A model generated the notes under the pieces. It was not told where the DNA came from. It was given only the letters and a program-made list of their open reading frames with translations, and ran no database searches. Shown here in pieces: positions 13,846-26,200 of a stretch of 64,000 bases of DNA (its first letter is position 1; each line of letters starts with the position of its first letter). The translations under genes and the position numbers were made by a program. The DNA comes from Podarcis filfolensis. Lineage: Eukaryota. The DNA is taken from the NCBI GenBank assembly GCA_964270895.1, contig OZ185443.1. The stretch is one strand, 5' to 3'.

Positions 13846-15413
13846 AGATATATCCAGATACACAAGTGTAAACATAATAACAGCAACAAGCCCAGGACAC
13901 AACTCATGCTTGTTCAATTCACTGATGGCCTTTTCATTGGGTTGTATCCAATGGTCCTCTTCCAGTTACGGAAGGGCTTTTGCATCCATGAACAGAAAGC
14001 AAGGGAGGCAATTTTCACTACTTCTTCATCCTGCAGCTCCCAGTTCCCTTAAATTCTGTTCTGGAGGATTACACTCTCTAGCCAGTGTAAGAAGTATTGC
14101 AGGGTGCAGCAGGTGAAGAGGAAATCGGTGAAAATTGTCTATCCCCATTCCATTATTAGGCCTTCACTTTCAGGAATTGAAAGACCCCTTCTCCTCCAAT
14201 AGATACAACCCATCAATTTTTATGTAGCTGAATTTTTCTGAAGGAACTCTGTGATACTGCAAAACTGCTTCATTTTTCGAAGAATTTCAGAAATTCAGGT
14301 GGTGTTTTGGCTTCATATTTTTATAATAAATTATGTCTGAAAAAGCTTGTTGATTGGGTAAATGTGTAAGTGAGGCAAACATGAAGGAAAGCAGCTTATT
14401 CTAGTAGGGCAAGAAGTTCTTGCTTGAGGTGTATGTTAACCTTGGTCAACTTCAGAAATCCCTGGGAGGATATCGGTGAAAGTGACTACAAAACTTTAGT
14501 GTAATGCAGTCCTTACAGGTTCTGGTACTGGTCTAAGTCAAGAGCAATGCCTTTAAATAATTTTGCATTTTACATTTAATGGAATTTTACAACTCTCCCA
14601 CCCCGCCCTCTGTCTGGATACATAGAATTTGTGTTGCGTATTCATTTTTACCTTAAGCAAAATACTGCTTTTGAATATAAATTTGTGTAGAAGCCATGCA
14701 CACTGAACTATAATGAAACAATTCTCACTGTCCTCCCAGTTAACAGAAATCTAGTGACTTTTGGTTAAAGTAAGTACAGTTCTAGATCTACCGAAGAGCA
14801 TTAAACAACAACAAACCTCTTTCTTGTATCTGGAAATGAGAGAAAATTAAAAACACAGAAATATCTTAACAACCTGATTATTCCAGTGTATTATACATTT
14901 TCCAGGAGGAAATCCAAGAAGATGTATGGGGGGGTGTCCTTTCAGGCTTTATGTTTTATTTATGATTTGAAGCTTATTTCAGCTACAAAACACTTCAAAT
15001 GTGGCAACAAAAAAATCTACTCACCAAAATTTTGATACTACTGATCTCAGTTTCAAAATAATAAACAAGGTTGAACTGAGAGACAGGATTTGAGTTCTAA
15101 CTTCATTTTTAAGCTTCAGAAAAATAGAGCTAAGCAGCTGGCAGAAAAGTAGGCTGAAATTAAGTGGGGAAATGTCATTCTTTTATGTTGGGCATCTGAA
15201 CCACACAAAAAAATCTGGAGTGCGGTTTTTATCTCTATGGCCACGTTTATATGTACATTTCTCTGTTTGGTGTTCATCTGCTTGACACCACCCAAACATA
15301 AGCTTCTCCGTCACAGGAGCATGTGGTTTTAAGCCTTTGTTGCTTTTTTGGTGAACCAAGGCAATATCTCTTCTGAACTCAGCCAGCAAGGTTAGCCACA
15401 ATTATTGTAATGA

Positions 15414-15572
<159 letters not shown>

Positions 15573-16355
15573 TAATGTAGAAGATCCAGAAGTTCCCACA
15601 TATCACTGCTGTATTGTAATCTGAGAAAGTAATTGCACTGTTAGTTTAGAAGACTGTCTGGTGTAGGTTAGTATCAGAGTCTTTTCACTAAATGCACACA
15701 GGGGGGAGAGGAGGGATGGAGAGGGAGATTTAGAATTTAAAACTCTAACCATGACTAGTAAAGTGGCATGTAGTTTATCAATAAACTAGTGATGCATTGT
15801 ATCTTTGGCAGGGAACAGAGTCTTTGTCTGTTTGATTCAATAGAAAAATGATCTTTAATTTACCATTAGGCTGAGAGCTACAGAAAGACAAATGTGTTTA
15901 TTATTTAACAAACATCCCTGGGTGGTGAGTCCTTCTGTCAATGTGGGAAATATGAATGAGTTCTTCAGAAGATATAATCCTGCTTCAATGCTCAAAATTG
16001 ACGTGCCTGTTTTCTCAGCTCTTCCATCTACTCCTTACCCAGGAATAGCCAAATTTGTACAGCACACTTTGTCTCTCTTGTATAAAACTCCAGTGGTGAC
16101 TATCCTGCCCCTCCTGACCTTACTGCTTAGTACCATTCACCAGTAAATCCTGCCCATTTTGTAATGAGCTTCCCTTTTTTCAAGATATGTCATTGGCAGA
16201 CAATGGTCAGTAAACTCCTAATGACCATAATTCTTGTGGTGAATGGTGGTATATGATACACATGCAGCCTAGGACATTCACCCTAGGAATGTGGATCTCT
16301 ACAGAGTGTGATGTATATTCCAATTCAGTCCTTTGTGCTGCCTGTGATTAGCATA

Positions 16356-16519
16356 GGGAAGGGGCATAGGTCAGATGGTTTGATCCCTGAAGTCTCCAGG
16401 TAGGCAGGAAAAGCTCCTGCCTGAAACCCTGGAGAGCTGCTGCCAGCCAGAGTGGAAAATATTGAACTAGATGGACCAATGGTATGGCTTGGGATAAGGC
16501 AGTTTCCTGTGTTCCTGTG
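16356..16519 (+). mobile_element. Old tRNA-derived SINE with CR1-like tail
   Basis: Degenerate tRNA-like head (GGGAAGGGGCATAGGTCAG) and 3' end CTAGATGGACCAATGG...GGCAGTTTCCTGTGTTCCT. A related fragment lies near 7690-7825. Confidence 0.5.
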
Positions 16520-16865
16520 TTAGCGCACATGAAGGAATATAATTGTATTCGTGGATATTTGAGGGTGATATAGAAGGTGAAGTCATTGCGGAAGAATTAA
16601 AGTCCTTATGCAGAAATTTACCTCATGATTCAAATATCACCTGTGTCCTGAACTTGGTTGCCTTAGTCGTAAGTTAGCTCCTCAAGAATGGTAGCCTCAG
16701 ATGATCTGCCTTAAAGAATTGCGGGAAGGATTACAACCTGATACATAAAGCATCGTGAACACTTTAAAAGCATTATATAAATGCTAAGTTTTATTATTGT
16801 AACTTGATACATTTTGTATGTGATGTTGCTCTCCACATGCCTGTGTTACAAGGCAAGTTTTAGCC

Positions 16866-16913
<48 letters not shown>

Positions 16914-16980
16914 TCATACCCTGCCCTTCTGGCTGGGTTTCCCCAGCCACTCTGAGAGGCTTACAGCATATATAAAAACA
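16866..16980 (-). mobile_element. L2-type 3' end with (TAA)n microsatellite tail
   Basis: (AAT)n 16866-16913, then CCCTGCCCTTCTGGCTGGGTTTCCCCAGCCACTCTG, the same terminus as copies at 25937, 61375 and 63881. Confidence 0.75.
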
Positions 16981-18085
16981 GCTAGAGTACTGCAGTATCC
17001 CATGTGAATTTGGGGGTCTGTTCAACAAACAAAAACATTTCAGTACCATTCCCCACTGCTACTACTAAGAAGCAATTCAAAGGAAACTAAAAGTGGTGGC
17101 TGTGAAAGTCAAAGAATTCCCTATAGACTTCAAAATCTGTTTCTCCACCTTGAAATCCATTAGGTATTTTTTAAATCGCCTTGATGCCTGATCATCTTGA
17201 TCGTTGTTCCTCTGGTGCCCAAGCATGCGAGTTGAGATTTTGTTTGTGTATCTTTTGTATGACTCATAGAAGACCTGAGATTCTTAGATAATCCTTTGAG
17301 ACTCAAAGGTGACGTGTACAGAAATGAAGAAAATGTGCCATGTTTGTACAGCATAATTGTGCTTGTAACAAGTTTCTGAAGGTATTGAATGATTCTTGTT
17401 TACTAGGCTGACCTTGTATGGAGTAAGCAAAATCCTGTAAAATTTCAAACACTACCCTGGTCTAATATTGTGCTGAAGCAGTTAATTATTCATTCACTTC
17501 AAAATTTTATAGCCTTTGTATCTCTATAAAAAAAATTAAATGTCTAATGCCCAACTGTCAATAAAACAAAACCAACATAATACTATGTAATACAATAAAC
17601 TGATCTGTAGAAAACACAACTTGAAAAAAGAGACAGTGCACGTATTTTTGTAAACTAAGAAATCTTTAATAACAATATATTTTTAAAAATACCATGCAAT
17701 ACAATAAAATTAGTATATCTGCTTGCTTGCATTTTATGTTTTGTTGTATTCACAATAGTATGTGGCTGTCTGCAGCTTGCATTAATTTTTGTGAGTTTAC
17801 TTTTTTCAGTGGTTTCAGAATGGTCAAGCAGGCCCAAATATATAAATGGTGATGACCAACACTTCCTATCTATGTTTTTAGCTGTTTCTATTTTAGCTGT
17901 AAGCCGCCTTAACTTTTTCATTGCTGAGAAATGTGCAAATTCGTCTTCATTTGAGTAATTTGTAGAATAGGAAAATACCTTCAAGATACACCTGGAATGC
18001 ACACCGAGTGTAGATTTCTAAAGTGGATGCCTGAAAAATGTGCTTTCTTAGACATCTCTCAAGGAACTGTAGCAGGAGGATTATA

Positions 18086-18331
18086 CAGTCGTAACTTGGT
18101 TCTCAAATGGAATCGGTTCAGGAAGTCTGTTTGACTTCCAAAAACATTTGAAAACCAAACATTTGAAAACCAATTGAGTGCTTCCTGCACTTAATCAGAA
18201 GCTGCGGAAGCCACGTCGGACGTTCGGCTTCCAAAAAAAAGTTCATAAACCGAAACACTCACTTCTGGGTTTGTGATGCTTGGGAGCCAAAACGTTTAGT
18301 CACAAGGTGTTCAAATACCAAGCTAAGACTG
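18086..18331. mobile_element. Second Tigger/pogo-like MITE family
   Basis: TA flanks; imperfect TIRs CAGTCGTAACTTGGTTCTCAAA and TTCAAATACCAAGCTAAGACTG; internal tandem duplication AAACATTTGAAAACC x2. Confidence 0.7.
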
Positions 18332-18454
18332 TATGCCGCATGAAGTTAGGATACTTTTAGAAACAGTAGTTTTATAAACACCCCTTAGTATGATAGTGGA
18401 AGTTAAGCTAAGTCTACTACTAACATAGCTTTATTCCCTTTTCCCCTCTGCAAG

Positions 18455-18615
18455 GTGAAAGAACCTTTAAGTGTGATCACTGTGATGCAACATTCAAAAG
18501 GAAGGACACATTGAATGTTCACATACAAGTAGTTCATGATGGCCATAAGAAATACAAATGTGATTTGTGTGACAAAGCCTTTGTGACACCGTCTGTGCTT
18601 AAGAGTCATAAAAAA
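18455..18615 (+). CDS. PRDM5: PRDM5 coding exon (exon 12 equivalent)
   Basis: ttcccctctgcaAG|GTGAAA...AAAAAA|GTaagt. 161 nt, phase 1 to 0. (S)[53 protein letters not shown]. Confidence 0.97.
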
Positions 18616-20255
18616 GTAAGTATAACCCGTAGCTTGTAAAAACTGAGATCATTGTAATAGGTTAAATTCGTTCAGTGTGTACTATGCTTACCTCTGAATA
18701 TAGAGATAATGGAATTTATTTTAAAGTAAATACTTTCAGCTGCGGATTGTCCATACCAACAGAATAATAAATACTTATGAAAAGTGATAGCATATGCAAA
18801 TATTATAATTAAGGTAGCTATAAACACAGTTTTCAAAAGCAAGCAATGAAGACCTTCAAGCTTATTAGTGTGGTCCAATCTTATTTATGAATCAGTGGAG
18901 CTGTTTTAAGACTCCCCAACAATCTCTGTTCCTTTGACTGCGACTTACTACAATTTTTTTCTCATATCTCACTCTCATTCCTTATTCTGATAACAATAGG
19001 ATTTTTCATTAGCTTCAGAGAGAAATCTATGCAAGAACTTGTATTATTTTAATTGATTGGTTTGGGAAACATTGCAAATGTGGATGTGGACAAATACCCA
19101 GAAGGGTATGAAAAGCTGGAATAAATCATTCTTTCAACATTTCTTCTTCCATTGCCTTTGTATACCTGCTGACAGCTATTGAAAAAGCCCAATGACTCAA
19201 AGTACATAGCTTCTTGGGGAAAATGCTAAACTTTTCCCTTCTTTGTTAAGCCATTGCACGTTGTATGACCTCTTAGGGCCAAGGCTGTGGTCTTGAGTTT
19301 GGAGTATTGATGGGTTTGTATTTGTCTTCACTTTGATTTCATTATTGTTTTGTGCTGTTGCATTTGATAAGATGAGCTATGTCAACACTCTCTCCACCTC
19401 ACTCTGTAAGTCCTGACTTTCGATGAACAGAGTAAATATTGACATTGTTTATCCACTAGGGATGCAGGAGTTAGTGGCAGGATTTGTTAGGATTAAAAGA
19501 AGTCTCTAGAAGGTCATATCCTCTGTCACCTTACCTAACTGGCAGGTAGAGTTATGGTTTTGATTAAACTCTTAACAGTTTTGTAATGGAAAAAAGTTAA
19601 CTATATTGATTTTTAAAATAAAATAAAATCCTGAACTAGTAGGCAGAAGCCTAAACCTTCGTTTAGAGGATATTTTTTCTTACAGTTGTATCCATGGAGA
19701 GATCAGGAATATATGTAGAGTTTTTGCCCTCTCATTCTTCTTCATTGGTTCTTACTGTGGAAAGAATTGGAAGTGACTGAACTGGAAAATCCTGCATTCG
19801 AACAAACGCAGTCTGCCTGAACTTTGCAAGACAGCACCCATTTGAGTGGCCAGAAGCACCCAGTGTCTGCACTGTGATGTCCTTGGCTTTGATTTTTATT
19901 TATTAGAGCTTTTCTAATCAGCCCTTCAGACTCTTTCCAAATAAAAAGGTGCCAAATCTAGTTTGTGGGGCACGAGTGTTCCATAATCATGAGTGCAGTC
20001 ACTGAGAAGGCCTTTGCTCTTGTTCCAGACAGCTGAGTTTCCACCCTAGGTGGCGATGTCCTTCTGATCTATAGGAGTGGGCAGGGTAGTAAGGGAGGAG
20101 GCAATTCATACAGTATACTGGACCTAAGCTGTTTTAAAGGGAATCCCGAGAGTGTGGTATTGCTCTCCCCTCACAGTTGTCACTCAGCAGTGGTGGCCTC
20201 TTTTACTTCTCACCACTTTATTTCACTGGCAGTGGCTGTTGGAGTCTTAAATATA

Positions 20256-20387
20256 TAACTGAGTTGGTAGAACATGAGTCTTTTAATCTCAGGGTCGTGG
20301 GTTCAAGCCTCACATTGGGCAAAAAGATTCCTTTGCATTAGATGCCCCTCACAGTCCCTTCCAGCTATACAATTCTATGATTCTATG
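20256..20387 (+). mobile_element. tRNA-Lys(CUU)-derived SINE with CR1-type 3' tail (not a functional tRNA)
   Basis: Head TAACTGAGTTGGTAGAACATGAGTCTTTTAATCTCAGGGTCGTGGGTTCAAGCCTCACATTGGGCA closely follows tRNA-Lys but is mutated at the anticodon and lacks the 5' acceptor strand. Ends CCTTCCAGCTATACAATTCTATGATTCTATG. Confidence 0.75.
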
Positions 20388-21245
20388 GTGTCACCTGGGC
20401 AAGCTATATTTTGGTGTCATCAAAAAACCTTAAGTTTCCTATTTAAATCAATCAACTTAAATGTCCTTGCCATAATTATTCCCATTGTATTTTACTGTGG
20501 CTAGGTCCAGCATTCCATCTCATATTCACTAAAATTCCAAAATGTTCTTTTAAACAAGATTGCTGGATTAAGTCCCTTTGCAATGAACATAAGCTGCAGT
20601 CAAAGTTGTGTAAAAAATGTACTTTCTCATTACTATCTAGTCGCAATGAATCTTTCTAGTAGTCATCTTTCTCACAATAGTTTTCGTAATGCTCAAAATC
20701 TTCTTTTCCAGCTATAGTAAAAGTGTTTTGTGGGTCAAAGTCTCTTTAACAATTTTATTGAACAATAGCATTAGTAGAACTGGACACAAACAGAAGTTTT
20801 AAGTGAACTTAAGGTTATCATTAAGAAATCAAGCCAGTGTTTGCTATAAAAGCTGTAGTGCAAATATGGAAGTAACAAGGACCTTTTTCTTCTGCCGCAA
20901 GCAGTTTCAAGAACCATAATTGAATTTTTATGAGCCAAACCATTTGAGAAATAAAAAACAAATTTGGCCTGTAGTTAAGTTAGATAACCTGGTTTGTTTT
21001 GCAATGAGTAGCAGTATTCATTCAGGCATTTTGTGGTGTTGTCCTAAAGAGTAATTGTAATCTTAAAGTGTAACCATTATTAAACTCCTAAAACCTGAGT
21101 TTGATATTATAGTGTGATATGTAATGGAAGCTGAAGAAATTAGACTCTTGGAGCAATAATAATAATAAACATTATTAATTTATGTTTTCTTTCGCAGCTA
21201 AGTTAACTCTTTCTTTTTTCCCTCCTTCCCCCTTCTTCCTGGTAG

Positions 21246-21401
<156 letters not shown>

Positions 21402-21918
21402 TAGTGTAGACTTGCCTTTTTTTATTGAAGGACAGTTGCCATAACTCCCCTGTAAAAATCACTGGTGCCGAAATTTGGAATTAGTGCTTAAAAAATGAAA
21501 TCTAATAGGATAATCGTTATAGAGAACCCTAACTTCTACTCACCATACTTTAATATTTTCACAATACAGTTTGCAGTGCATGTGCTCCTGGAATTTTACT
21601 TTAACCCTTTAGTTACTCTTTGCCAAAGGAACCAATCAGTTTAAACATTCACATTTGAAACCATGCAAACACCAACCATGCTTTAAGAAACATCTATGTA
21701 GTTTATTCCCTTGTTCAACATATCTTTCTCACTCGTGGTTGGGTGCTCATTTCTGATTTAGCTAGTTGACTTTTGGCCACTGTTTCTCTTGAATGTCAGG
21801 CAAAAGCGTTTTTTCCTGTGTAAAAGTTCTTTGCAAGGAACAGCTACATGGGCCCTTCTGTTTTAGACCTGCATTATGCATGTTGCTGCTGCTGCCTGTT
21901 CTTCTCCTTGTGTTGCAG

Positions 21919-22035
21919 CCCACAGTGGCTGTGTGTCACTCAGCTGTAGTAAGCAAGGTACATGTTGTGATGCATGACACTGTGGCATGTGTGGTTGGAA
22001 AACAACACCATATTACACATACTGATGCACATTGA
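21919..22035 (+). other. Candidate alternative (cassette or terminal) PRDM5 exon in intron 13
   Basis: Strong acceptor ctgttcttctccttgtgttgcAG (21917-18), second AG at 21924-25, donor AAG|GTACAT at 21958. See findings. Confidence 0.35.
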
Positions 22036-22100
22036 TGTTGCACTAACATTCAGAGATACTTTAAAATCTCAAAATTCTGGAAAACGTCTGCCCTAGTCTG

Positions 22101-22146
<46 letters not shown>
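22101..22146. repeat. (GTT)n microsatellite
   Basis: About 15 perfect units read directly. Confidence 0.97.
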
Positions 22147-22210
22147 ATGTGGCTCGAAACAGAACTGATGATGATGACAACAACAACAAAACAACAACAA
22201 CAGTAATAGG

Positions 22211-22360
22211 GCAATAAAATATCAGAATTTAAAAACTTCCCTGAACACGGCTGCCTTCGGATGTCTTCTAAAAATCAAATAGTTGTTTATTTCCTTGACA
22301 TCTGATGGGAAGGCATTCCACAGGGCGGGCGCCACTACTGAGAAGGCTCTCTGCCTGGTT
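22211..22360 (-). mobile_element. L2 3' fragment
   Basis: Near-identical to part of 61375-61869 (AAAAACTTCCCT...GGCTGCCTTC...TTGACATCTGA...GAGAAGGC...CTGCCTGGTT). Confidence 0.8.
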
Positions 22361-22744
22361 GAATTTGTAACTCTTCAAGGAAATGATGAATTACTGAGTG
22401 GCTAAAAGTTGGAAGATTCGTGACATACAAAAGAATGTATTTGTTTAACAACCGTTATATACTGCTTGATTCTTACAATACTTCTAAGTGGTTTACAAGA
22501 AATATTAAAATGATCAGTAAAAATAGTTCCTCAAGGTTATTATTATTATTATTTACTTGCCCTTCCTCCTCAGGTCCCAGGGTGGGTTACAACAATTAAA
22601 ATACAACATTAAAAGACAGTATTGTAAAAAAAAAACTTAGTCACAAAAAATAACGAGGGATAAAAATTTTAATCTGTCCACTTTCTCCATACGGTGCATC
22701 ATTTTATATAGGCCTCCTCTTATTCATCTTTTCTCTAAACTAAA

Positions 22745-23000
22745 ATGCATCAATTGTTGCAACTTTTTCTCATAAGGGAGTTGCTGCATACCCTTGAACA
22801 TTTTGGTTGTCCTTTTCTGATCTTTCTCCAACTCCACAATATCCTTTTCTTTAGGTGAGGTGACCAGAACTGTATATAGTATTCCAAATGTGATTGCACC
22901 ATAGATTTGTATGGTGGCATTTTGATATTTGCAGTTTGCCTTTCAGCTCCCTTCCTAATGATCCCTAACATGAAATTCGCCTTTTTCACTACTGCCACAC
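22745..23000 (-). mobile_element. CR1 LINE ORF2 C-terminal fragment
   Basis: Minus-strand translation KKANFMLGIIRKG...YKSMVQSHLEYYIQFWSPHLKK matches the CR1 motif KKAN.MLG.I.......LY..LVRPHLEYC.QFWSP. Confidence 0.85.
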
Positions 23001-25585
23001 ACTAGTCCCAGCTCCAGTTTCCTACTTGTAGATTTTGCTGGCAATCCCTCAGTGCCATCGTGTTCTTACAACTGGCTGTACGTGTCTCTGTCACCTATTA
23101 TGAAGTAGTTCTACTTATCTATAGATCTGACAGTACATCGAAGACACAAATTTTGAAAACAAAGTGGATGCCCTAGAGCATTCTGTTTACCACAGACTAC
23201 GTATTCGAGTAATTGGCAAGCTGCTGAGTGTTTTTGTGATGTTTGGTTTCCAACTTAAAAGGGTGAGGATTGGTGTTTGACATGCAAAGCGCTTGTTAAC
23301 AAATAGTCTTCTTATGACATTCTGTTCGGTTTTGCATAAACAAATTTGGCTTGCAGGAAGATGACAGAACATGTGCACTTAATCACTTGGCTTCCTAATA
23401 TGTTTGATAAGTCTTAATCACTTCCATCTCTCACGGCCACCTGTTAAGATTAAAGCTGTTTACTTGTTTGGTCCTGTTTGTAATTCTGACTGTAACCAGG
23501 GCTGAATACTGATTATTCCAATGAAAATTTAGATTGTGTTGCTGAAACAGAATCTACTTCTTGGAAAGGGCTGAAATTGTAGTTCCTCACTGGAGGGTAA
23601 GGACTCAGCAGATGGTACAGAATCCTTGTTTGCTGGTCACTGTGATGCAGGCAAATAATCCTGGGACAAAAGTTTTGTAAGAGGATATTATCTGACCCTC
23701 TGTATGTAGCTGCACATTAACACATTTGCGGTATAGGAAGCTAGTAACATTGTACTAAATGGTGGACCCCGGTATGATCCATCAGGGCAGTAGCATCTTC
23801 ATATTTCTTAATACCTAATTTAGACCTTAAAAAATGTCATGACTGATGTAGGATTAAGTTTCATATCTCCAGAATAAAGTGCAGCGAATTATTTGTTGAC
23901 AGTCCCGAGATTTGAGCATTGCACCAAACATGTGGGTGTTGTGCTTTCATCTTGCCCTCCTGTTTTAACCTTTTCTACTTGTGCGCAGTGAGGGACAGGG
24001 CAGAGCAGTGTTTCTCACCTGCTTTCCCAGAGCCAAACATTGCTGCCAATTATTGAGAGGGGGGAGGGTTCAGTTGTGGGAAGCTCAAAGTGGGCACAGC
24101 AGTGGAGCCAATCTGATGTTCCTCTCCTCTTGATGATGCTTTGTGGTAGGAAGCTGGCTAGCAATGCTTTGCAGTCTGCACCATCCTGTCAACAACTGGG
24201 TGTCTGCCTGTGCAACATTTACAGTATAACCCTTGAAAGCCGTCACCGTAAAGAAATTTAAGAAAATTTGATCTTGGAGGACAATAGACAAGCAAATTCT
24301 GCCCATCCATATTGGGGGACAGACACTAGATCTGAGTGTGATTGGGAAATGTCCATAACATAGCCCCAAGAATTCATGGTCATTTGTCAGCATGTACTGG
24401 TCTAGTAAATCTTGTTACTAATGACAACCATGTTCTTCTCAGAGATTAGCACACATTCTCTGCAAGGCAGGAAAACTAAGCATGTTCAACCTCTATTATT
24501 TGATGTGTGGTTAGATGGCAGTCCACAAGTATCTCTGTTTCTCCCATCCTCCTCCACCATTTCACTTGGAATTCTAATTTGTCTACACTTTCGGTTCTCT
24601 GGAAGGCTCTTCCTTGCTCGATGTGCAGCAATGTGATCTGCTTATACGTTTAGCTTTTTATTAAACTTTCAGGTTTGAAAGTAAATCTGTGATTGACCAC
24701 TGTGCAAAAAGAATGCTGGACTATGAGGGCCTTTGGTCTGATCAACAGGCTTGTTCCTACACTCTTGGTCTTTGCTAAAGGGGAAAGCCTTGTGCAAGGA
24801 CATTAAATCTAGTAGAAGCTTTTAGAAAATGTATTCTGTTTATATTCAGAATAAAGGTAGACGATTGCATGTTTGCATGCTTATCACAGAATCCGCGCAC
24901 ATAAAATTGAAACATTAGGGAGAAGGTTTGGTTAGGATCCTTTACTCTGGCACCATAATTTTCCGTGGGCAGAGCATTTTTTACATTAGGGAATTCACAT
25001 GGAATACGTCTCTCACTGCACCATGACTTTTGCAAACATATCCTGATGAGATCCATATGCAGCTGAGGCTGCAATCCTATGCTTGTTTACCAGAGAGTAA
25101 GCTCCACTGAACACACTTGAACTTAATTCTCGGTAAACATATGTCGGATTAGGTTGTGGTTTTGTAAAAGGGGCTAACATCCATTTTGTCCCCAGGCCAC
25201 CATACAGCTATCTTCAGGTTTGCTCATTATAGAGTGGTTTGGCCCAGTATTAATTTGTAGAGTAGTAGAAGGCTGTGACCTTAAAGCAGACATACTCAAC
25301 GTGTGACCCATTAAGCCAAACGGATCCCTCCATCCACATATGTCGACCCAGCTGCAGCTCAGTTAAATGTATTTTTTTCCTTGGGATTGCAAAAATGAGG
25401 GCTGTCGAGCCCACAGCAGGACAGAGGTGGCATATTGTGTTCCACTTCATGGGTCCCAACTAAAGCAGGCCTGGCTTAAAGAAACACATCAGTAAACTAA
25501 TTGCCATCGAAATGGTTGCAGAATATTACATTCTGTATCACCTCTCTTTGTTACTGTAACAGCAGATTGGCTTCCTAGATATTGT

Positions 25586-25833
25586 AAGAAGAAGAAGAAG
25601 AGTTTGGATTTGATATCCCGCCTTTCACTCCCCTTCAGGAGTCTCAAAGCGGCTAACATTCTCCTTTCCCTTCCTCCCCCACAACAAACACTCTGAGAGG
25701 TGAGTGGGGCTGAGAGACTTCAAAGAAGTGTGACTAGCCCAAGGTCACCCAGGAGCTGCTTGTGGAGGAGCAGAGACGCGAACCCAGTTCACCAGATTAC
25801 CAGTCTACCGCTCTTAACCACTACACCACACTG
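25586..25833 (-). mobile_element. Squam3-like (MIR/Ther1-related) tRNA SINE
   Basis: Reverse complement of the 46600 copy; A/B-box head CAGTGTGGTGTAGTGGTTAAGAGCGG...GGGTTCGCG; (CTT)n tail. Confidence 0.8.
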
Positions 25834-25936
25834 TAACTGTTCCTTGGGATTCCTGTCAAGGGTATAACTCCAATGAACTGGCCTAAATGTTTCAGCGTGT
25901 GGCAAATGGCCCGAATCTTTCAGCAGTGGAGCCAGA

Positions 25937-26142
25937 GAACCAGGCAGAGGGCCTTCTTGGTAGTGGTGCCCTCCCTTCAGATGTCAAGGAAATAAACAAC
26001 TATCTTACTTTTGGAAGACATCTGAAGGCAGCCCTGTTTAGGGAAGTTTTCAATGTTTGATGTTTTATTATGTTTGAATATATGCTGTGAGCCACCCAGA
26101 GTGGCTGGGGAAACCCAGCCAGACAGGCAGAGTATAAATAAA

Positions 26143-26193
<51 letters not shown>

Positions 26194-26200
26194 TATTATT
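25937..26200 (+). mobile_element. L2 3' end with (TAT)n tail
   Basis: Reverse complement of the 61375 family terminus; (TAT)n at about 26143-26192. Confidence 0.8.

Noticed and set aside
16846-17049. Poly-Tyr, poly-Asn (26068), poly-Phe and poly-Glu (46779, 46782) ORFs
   Set aside because: These are translations of (TAA)n, (TAT)n and (CTT)n retroelement tails.
20256-20325. Functional tRNA-Lys gene
   Set aside because: The 5' acceptor strand is missing, the anticodon region is mutated, and it runs into a CR1 tail rather than an oligo-T terminator.
24660-24860. Cryptic exon at tttcAG|GTTTGA (24673) giving GLKVNL*, with AATAAA at 24850
   Set aside because: The pyrimidine tract is interrupted by As, the donor (AAG|GTAGAC) is mediocre, and nothing else supports it; within chance expectation.
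22211-26200. Two L2 copies apparently truncated at the same point (CTGCCTGGTT)
   Set aside because: The 25937 copy matches a few bases further and has its own deletion; two copies cannot show a hotspot.
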